DNA from: Podarcis filfolensis
Lineage: Eukaryota
DNA length: 64,000 bases
Reading direction: 5' to 3' (one strand)
NCBI GenBank assembly: GCA_964270895.1
Contig: OZ185436.1
Part shown: positions 38,801 through 64,000 of the stretch, one piece after another
Layout: every line of letters starts with the position of its first letter
How positions within the stretch are numbered: position 1 is the first letter of the stretch
The notes under the pieces: generated by a model
Databases searched by the model: none
What the model saw: the letters and a program-made list of their open reading frames with translations, nothing else
What the model was told of the DNA's origin: nothing
Program-made: the position numbers and the translations under genes

Positions 38801-39018
38801 GAAACCCTTGTTGGAAAGCACTTTGCTGGAAAGCACAGTTAGCTCAACCTGGCTCAATAGTCGGGAAGAGAAATCTTTTAAGACTTTAGTTTTTTTAACA
38901 GGCTGTTTCCTTTATTGGCAGGGGCCGCACAACTGAATGGTACAACAGGGCTTTTGGTCACATGTGTGCTGCAGAACTGGTAAGGATTAGAGAGTCATTT
39001 AAAACTTCATCATACTGA
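13731..39018 (+). CDS. Rho GTPase-activating protein 7-like gene (DLC1/STARD13/STARD8 family; SAM-RhoGAP-START), 14 coding exons, 3150 nt, ~1049 aa
   Basis: Exons: 13731-13743, 20942-21013, 22313-22394, 24311-24374, 25305-26656, 26981-27151, 28355-28514, 29421-29619, 30309-30525, 35184-35298, 36793-37008, 37482-37699, 37946-38119, 38922-39018. All introns are GT-AG with compatible phases, and the sum is divisible by 3. Translation starts MILTQIEAKEACDWLKAAGFPQYAQ and contains RLSIYDNVPG, VGLFRKSGVKSRI, NQMTPTNIAVCLAPSLFHLN and a START domain, all matching the DLC family. No symbol is given because orthology to DLC1 itself is doubtful. Confidence 0.95.
14690..15281. mobile_element. hAT/Charlie-like non-autonomous element with a nested fragment of a TAGGG-TIR element (15020-15104)
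   Basis: CAGTGGTTCCCA...TGGGAACCACTG TIRs; TSD is poor (4/8). 15020-15104 matches the 3' half of the 57451-57724 element. Confidence 0.65.
15480..15700. repeat. Interspersed repeat rich in (A)AACCATGGTT(T) motifs; related copies at ~33780-33960, ~34390-34930 and ~51130-51440
   Basis: Shared gctaagccatggtttg / caaaccatggcttagc motifs between the loci; probably an old DNA-transposon family; boundaries approximate. Confidence 0.45.
16600..17040 (+). mobile_element. L2-clade LINE 3' fragment (decayed ORF2 end and 3' UTR)
   Basis: ORF-track peptide KTLWKIQLVQNRAARLLTG resembles the L2 ORF2 motif LQLVQNAAARLLT; followed by a T-rich tail. Confidence 0.65.
19342..19368. repeat. (ATT)n microsatellite
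   Basis: Direct reading. Confidence 0.9.
20326..20629 (+). mobile_element. Sauria SINE, 5'-truncated
   Basis: gccgatcagaaggtcggcGGTTCGAATCCcc (B box at 20344-20354), ctgccaacctagcagttcgaaagca core, and an ACCTTT-type tail; diagnostic of squamates. Confidence 0.9.
20942..21013 (+). CDS. DLC-like exon 2 (SAM domain start)
   Basis: ttgcag|AA ATT GAG GCC ... TTT GAA G|gtac; encodes IEAKEACDWLKAAGFPQYAQMFE. Confidence 0.95.
21150..21366 (+). mobile_element. L2-type LINE 3' fragment
   Basis: ggctactagccatg...ctgaataccagttgctgg...gggccattggcttgatccagcaggct..cttatg. Confidence 0.65.
22313..22394 (+). CDS. DLC-like exon 3 (SAM domain)
   Basis: ttttgcag|AT ATG CAG ... TAC AG|gtaaac; encodes DMQFPIDIKTVRKDHEFLDQDAIESLYR. 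Confidence 0.95.
24311..24374 (+). CDS. DLC-like exon 4 (SAM domain end)
   Basis: ttccag|G CGT TTG AAT ... AAG AGG|gtatgt; encodes RLNTLNKCTAMKVEISRQRKR. Confidence 0.93.
25305..26656 (+). CDS. DLC-like exon 5 (large serine-rich linker / focal-adhesion targeting region)
   Basis: taag|AGT GAT GAA ... ATC AG|gtcagc; 1352 nt open, in frame with the ORF-track hit 25566-26723. Contains SDESEEDEPCAIS, FLKRMEKLRL, HKPGTFPKAL, VNWRTGSFHG, RLSIYDNVPG, SDDGDSDSA and SPCPSSPK. Confidence 0.95.
26981..27151 (+). CDS. DLC-like exon 6
   Basis: ctttag|A CAT GTG ... AAC TG|gtaagt; encodes QIDCQSAAHLNRLQKLALLKLTTLMDKYSPSSKQGWN. Confidence 0.95.
28355..28514 (+). CDS. DLC-like exon 7 (RhoGAP start)
   Basis: tttcag|G ACT GTT CCA AAG ... 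GAT CAG|gtatca; encodes TVPKFIRKTKAPDYKDKNVFGVPL...LDQ. Confidence 0.95.
29421..29619 (+). CDS. DLC-like exon 8 (RhoGAP, arginine finger)
   Basis: tcatag|GTT GGC CTT TTC AGG AAA ... CAA T|gtacgt; encodes VGLFRKSGVKSRI; catalytic Arg codon at 29433-29435. Confidence 0.96.
29826..30150 (-). mobile_element. L2-type LINE 3' end with a (TTC)n microsatellite tail (29826-29890)
   Basis: A pure (TTC)n run abuts aaatttgtataccac...tctcagggcaattcacaacataaaa, the reverse of an L2-type 3' end. Confidence 0.65.
30309..30525 (+). CDS. DLC-like exon 9 (RhoGAP)
   Basis: ctctag|AT CTG CCA ... TCT AG|gtattt; encodes LLLPDENREALKTLLFFL...NQMTPTNIAVCLAPSLFHLNTLRRES. Confidence 0.96.
31008..31132. mobile_element. 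hAT-like foldback MITE
   Basis: gggaaacctgtggtcctc...gaggaccacaggtttccc inverted arms. Confidence 0.65.
32042..32285. mobile_element. Tigger-like MITE, subfamily B
   Basis: TA|CAGTCATACCTCGGGTT...GAGGTACCTCTG|TA. Confidence 0.85.
34003..34220. mobile_element. Tigger-like MITE, subfamily A
   Basis: TA|CAGTGGTACCTC...GAGGTACCACTG|TA. Confidence 0.9.
35184..35298 (+). CDS. DLC-like exon 10 (RhoGAP end)
   Basis: ccttag|G TCA AGC ... TTT CAG|gtaagt; encodes GKPDQRDLSENLAATQGLAHMIMECNRLFQ. Confidence 0.95.
36793..37008 (+). CDS. DLC-like exon 11 (START domain start)
   Basis: ctgcag|ATT CCT GAC ... AAA AAG|gtaatt; encodes LLRDAKEKFKNWV...SAYKK. Confidence 0.93.
37482..37699 (+). CDS. DLC-like exon 12 (START)
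   Basis: ctaag|GTG GAT GAT ... CTA AG|gtaagg; encodes VWKASAEIDAAP...EQHLW...VLEILDDETDIYHY...REYVVLR. Confidence 0.95.
37946..38119 (+). CDS. DLC-like exon 13 (START)
   Basis: ttccag|G ACT TGG CGG ACT ... ACC AG|gtatct; encodes TWRTD...QYLIEVVGTQKSKVTHVCRTDT. Confidence 0.93.
38425..38633. mobile_element. Tigger-like MITE, subfamily B (reverse orientation), in the last intron of the DLC-like gene
   Basis: TA|CAGTGGTACCTCTGGATG...; right end degenerate (caggttatgactag); contains GCGCATGCGC and CCGGAAGT. Confidence 0.8.
38922..39018 (+). CDS. DLC-like exon 14 (START C-terminal helix and stop)
   Basis: tggcag|G GGC CGC ACA ACT GAA TGG ... TAC TGA; encodes GRTTEWYNRAFGHMCAAELVRIRESFKTSSY*. 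Confidence 0.9.
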
Positions 39019-40096
39019 GAGCAAGCCAAAGATGACATGGTGCTTTTGGAAGTTAAATCAAATGTGTGGTGTCCAAAGCTGAAGTTTACCAGACTTCATT
39101 ATCGTAATTGAAGCATTCTAGAACTGTAAAGACATTTTTATGCATTTTATAATGTTACTGCTTTTTTATTAAAAAATTCTACTGAGAAAATTAAATTGTT
39201 CAATATTACGTATCAAAATAAGTTATTGAAAAATGAACATCTTGATGTTCTAATAATGTATAAAGATGAGATTTTATTTCCCCCCAGATGCTTTTTAAAC
39301 TAAAAATGTGAGAACAAATGTGTAATATTTTAGCAGTGCTATTTGACTAAAGAAAACTCCGCACCTGTGATGTCTTTTTCTGTTTTTAGCATTCTAAAAT
39401 AATGAATATAATGAATATAATGATCATATAGGAAGCTATGCTGTATTTATTGGTTACAGACATTTGTACTTTCTACAGTGAAGAAACAATCAGAAAAAGG
39501 GCTTCTTTTTTCAGTGGAACTGTGTGTTCCAGCACCTCTCAGCTGGGCCCCGGAAGTGGGTGGGGGTGAGAAACTTGACCTGCACCTTTTATGGGCTCCA
39601 GAAAATTGCAGGAGGCCTGTGCGGAGGTTCTTCAGCCTTCTAACTGGCAGGGGGAAGCCACTTGTGTGAGGTGGGGGCCTTGTTAAACTGTTCCACTGAG
39701 GTGCAGGCAGCTGCGCCCCTCAGCGGAACAGTTTCAAGAAGGCGCCCACCTGTGCCTCAGCTGCCTTTGCACAGGCAGGCAGTTGGGACACCTCTTGCTC
39801 CTGGGAGGAAGAGGTGGCCTGCCCGTTGCCTGTGTGAAAGCAGTTGAGGCAGCCCCGCCAACAGAGCAGCCTCTGGCTCGGGAAGACACATATTTTGAAC
39901 TTCAATTTGCAGTACACTGCTGTTTTGGAAATGGAAAAAAAAGGGGTCGTGGGGGTGGGAGGGAAAAGATAATATATTGATACTACTGGTACTTCCAGAA
40001 TATATATGATACTTTTAAGTCTGTACATTCATTGCATTTCCTAAAATACTGTAATTTAGTGTCAATTGTGTTTATAAGCTCAGACAATATACCTTT

Positions 40097-40102
40097 AATA
40101 AA
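40097..40102 (+). terminator. Candidate poly(A) signal AATAAA of the DLC-like gene
   Basis: AATAAA about 1.08 kb after the stop, followed by T/GT-rich sequence. More proximal ATTAAA candidates exist at 39168 and 39190. Confidence 0.55.
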
Positions 40103-40261
40103 AAGGTTAAGCACTCAATGACTGTTTTGTTCACTAAGGGTTATTAACCACTGTGACATTTGTGGACTACGGCAGTGGGAGAAATCACATTACCTCCTGC
40201 TTCTTGTGGCTCTAGACTACTGCCCTACAACATGGAGTAGAGACAATGAAACTTCAACATT

Positions 40262-40267
40262 TTTATT
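40262..40267 (-). terminator. Candidate poly(A) signal AATAAA of RARS1
   Basis: TTTATT on the + strand, about 76 nt after the RARS1 stop codon. Confidence 0.55.
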
Positions 40268-40342
40268 TTTCAAATAGGCCATAATAGTCAACTAAATAGT
40301 TCATTTTTGTGTGTAGAAAAGCTATCTGAAAAGTCAACATAG

Positions 40343-60359
<20,017 letters not shown>

Positions 60360-61518
60360 CCTCGCGGGTCAGACAAAAGGGAAACCAAGACCGGAAGCGG
60401 AACTCCAGTTCTCTATGGTGAGTTCCAGGCAAGAGCGGCAGCGGGAGAAAAAGCCCTCTTGCCTCCGTGTTGGTGCTCCGTGCTCTTGCGCCCCCTCTAC
60501 CGGTCCCTTTGCGCACTCCGCTCTTCCAAGGCAAAGGTGTCTTTTTGTCCAGCGCCCCCCTCCAGCGAAATCGGCGTAAAAGCCAATCAGAGCGAGGAGA
60601 AAACGGCAAGCTTCCCGCCCACAACGGACCAACTTTCCAAATGATTATTGTTTTTAATTCAAGGGATCGTTCCTCCTCGCTAGCCAAAAGAATAATAATA
60701 AAAAAGAGGGCCATCCCGTGCGCATCCCGTCTCTTGAATTGCGAGTGTGTATCGCAGCGAGCCTCAGCCGACCCCGAGATTATTCCGGACGGATAAACAC
60801 AGCGGCACTTGCTGGGGAACTGATTCGCACTTACAATGATTCTCACTATAAACAGATAGCATGGCAAGCGTGCTATATATATTGCTGGCTCAGATTAGTG
60901 TCTAAAGAAGCAGTGTGGTGTAGTGGTTATAGTGTGTTGGGACCCACAGCCCCCGTTTTTGTTAATGGTCACTAGTTCCTTTTCAAATTCGAGAACATAA
61001 CTTCACTTCCCGGTCTATATTTTAAAGTGCCCCTTTATATGCAAAATATGCTGTGGTATAGCTTCATACACACAAGCATTTTCCGATTAGCAACTCCATG
61101 AACTGCAAGGATCTCGTAGTCACTACTAGAATCTATAGAGTTGAACACATAAAAATATTTTCTTCATTGAGTCAAAGCCACATCCAGTACTATCCCCTCT
61201 GGTAAGATGTACCCATAAGCCCATTTGCCTTTCTATTATTATCCAGCTGTGAAGCTCTCTACTGAGATGATGGTCCAGTTCCCTTTTCAGAGTGAATACT
61301 TGACCAAATGAGGTAACAGCATGCAATGTAATTATCAGATATTGTTGCCCTCTTTCTTTACAGTGATGGAATTCTAAATTGACTCTTCATGGCCTTTAAG
61401 CTCAATAAAACGTCAAAAACAAATCAGCATGCAATTTGGAAAATATTTTAGCATGCTCTGTGAACTATTATATCAATGGGGAAAAAATCTCCAGGTTGAT
61501 GTGCTTAAAGGAAATAAG

Positions 61519-61778
61519 TAGTCATACCTCGGGTTGAATGTGCTTCGGGTTGAGCGCGTTCGAGTTGCACTCCGTGGCAACCTGGAAGTAACGGAACGCA
61601 TTACTTCCGGGTTTCGCCTCTCGCGCATGCGCAGACGCTCAAAATAATGTCATGCACATGCATGGAAACGGCAAAACGTGATCCACACAAGCACAGATGT
61701 GCCGTCGCTTGTTACGTTTGCTTCAGGATGCGAACGGGGCTCTGGTATGGATCCCGTTTGCATCCTGAGGTACCACTG
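61519..61778. mobile_element. Tigger-like MITE, subfamily B, ~1.2 kb upstream of the RARS1 start codon
   Basis: tAGTCATACCTCGGGTT...GAGGTACCACTG|TA; contains ACTTCCGG (61603-61610) and GCGCATGCGC (61623-61632). Confidence 0.85.
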
Positions 61779-64000
61779 TATATCCATTTCTATCAAGCAT
61801 CCAATGAAAACAAAATTGATAAAGAAAAATAATCCACAAAATGTATTTTAAAATTTTATACACAACAAAGGCCTACACAGCTTCTTGGTCCCTGAGAAGC
61901 ATCTTTCTTCCCCAACTCAAAGTGTGGCTTGAAACATGTCTTAAAGATCTATACCTTCGGCAGCAGGCACTGATACAATTCAGAAACATCATTTATACAG
62001 TCAGAAAAAGAGACAGAGATTAGGTATATAAATTTCTATAGCAATTTTAATCTGTTAATCCTGACAAAAATTTAAAATAGATATAAAGTCAATCATTTAG
62101 TGCTTGCCTATTAAAGTGTTTTTATACATGAAAAAGAACTATGTACATCTCAAGAGACTTCCAGTTTTAAACCACTCATCAACTTTACTCATGAAGGCGC
62201 ATCTTGGCTTGTGGACCTTTAAGGCCTTTGTATTCCTATCCCCATTGTTCTCATTCTTGTGTTGGCAACAGGTAGAGAAATGGGAGGGGGAGTGGTGCTG
62301 GTGAAAGATGGAGAAAGTGTGTGAACCTGTTCAGGTATCACATTCCAAATAATTCAACATGGTTTGAGTTTAAAGCTCTCACACACCCCGCCTTCTCGTT
62401 TATTCACACATGGTATCCTGAAATAATTTATGTCTGTGATTTTTGAAAGTTGAGTGTTCATCAATATACTAATGTTCAAAAACAGTATACGTACCACAAT
62501 TTGTTCCCACACCTCACAGTGACAGGGAGCAGAATAAGGCCTGGATATAGGACTCACACTAGGCTGAAAGCTTTCTCCAGAATATACTGCCTGAATAGTC
62601 TGTGCATACGTGCATATATGCCCCCCCCCGTGTGTGTGTGTGTGTACACACAGGCAAAGGTGAGAGTGTAAGCAAGAGAATGCTTGTGTGTGCACGCAAG
62701 TCAAGATAAACACATTACCAACCAAGGTGAACAAGCTGGGGAAAATATATACACAAATACTAACAACAATATGGTAAACTATGGCTTTTAGACATGGTTA
62801 CAGTATTTCTAGACAAGGCTTCATTGTATTTTGTTTAGTAGCTGTTTTCAAAAGTAGCAAGAGGCAACCCACTCCAAATCAGTTATTCCAATCAATAAAA
62901 TAAGGGAGATTAGATTAAAAAAACCACAAAAGACTGCTTAGAATTTAATAGAAAATTTTGGTCAAAATACTTGTTTGTAAAAGCTCTTTATCAGGTGTTA
63001 GGATTTCATGAGCATTTCTTTGCTTGCTTAAACCAACTTGAAATATAAAATAAAATAAAAAACAAAGTGTCATTTTCCTTAAAAGTTGGAATTGTTTTTG
63101 ACTGCTAGTTGGTCATGATTCTGTTTTCTTTGTTCAGTAAAACACTGAGCCATCAGAAAGTCTCACAGGGGCATATGTTCCATGTAGCTCTCTCCCTATA
63201 CAGAAATGGGTTCACTGAGCTTTGGAATTTTTTATAGGTCAAGTACATAATGAGCTGAAGTAACAACCTCCAAATTAAAGTGCAGTAGATATCTTGAACT
63301 CCACACCCATTTTTATGACTTGGAAAGAAATTGAAGTGTTTCATAGCTCACAGAGCACTCATTTACAGCTCTTTTAAAAAAAACTTATTTCCTCTTCTGT
63401 TGGGTACAAAAATATTTAAATTAGCAAAAGCTAGCTGGGATATATTTAAGAATCAAAGAATTCTTGCTGTCTCAGATTCAAATTTATTGTGGTAAAACCT
63501 CTTTTTAAAAAAAGTAGAGCTGTACAAAACATCTAAATGGAATTTATTAAAACAAAAATGTTGAGCTGAATTTGTTCGTATTTAAAAAATCTTTCCCAAA
63601 AATACATTGCTAAATATACAAACTATATAATCAAGTCATTTTAATGGTGGGGTTTGCAATGACAAGGAGAAAGCTAAAAATTTGGACATGGAGCTGCAAC
63701 ATACAAATGACTTGGTACCTTTGTAATACCACATAAATAAACTTCAGTGAAACAAAAATTATACTTTTCTGAAGTGGTTTGAAAAGAAATACTTAAATAG
63801 ACATTAAACATCATCCACAGAGAGAGCAGGAATGTTTATCCTCGGCCGTGTGAAAAATGCCATTTTCTCTCTACAAAACACAAACATCAATTGTTAATGA
63901 AAGTAAAAAATAAGACTTCACTATTCAACAGTCCGAAAATAAAAATCTATATATGCCTTGTCATGTACAACTTCACAGAAGCCCTACAGTAAGACTTCCA

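Overview
Squamate (lizard, probably lacertid) nuclear DNA with two complete, convergent multi-exon genes. (1) On the + strand, 13731-39018, is a 14-exon, ~1049-aa SAM-RhoGAP-START gene of the DLC1/STARD13/STARD8 family; all splice junctions are GT-AG and the frame is open. (2) On the - strand, 60359-40343, is RARS1 (cytoplasmic arginyl-tRNA synthetase; 15 exons, 663 aa). Each gene has a CpG-island promoter and their stop codons are only ~1.3 kb apart. From recalled human synteny, no DLC-family gene lies next to RARS1 (5q34), so the RhoGAP is probably a fourth DLC ohnologue lost in mammals. It keeps the tensin-binding SIYDNV motif and the catalytic arginine, but has a degenerate talin/FAK LD motif, lacks the RRDSGVGASL motif, and may carry a 1-nt frameshift in its C-terminal tail. 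The non-coding space is rich in non-autonomous DNA transposons: about 10 TA-flanked Tigger/pogo-like MITEs in 4 subfamilies (one carrying NRF1 and ETS motifs) and many hAT-like foldback MITEs with 8-bp TSDs. There are also a Sauria SINE, a tRNA/CR1-tail SINE, L2, CR1 and Penelope fragments, and microsatellites. Exon coordinates were read by hand from the sequence; protein comparisons rest on recalled human sequences, not database searches.
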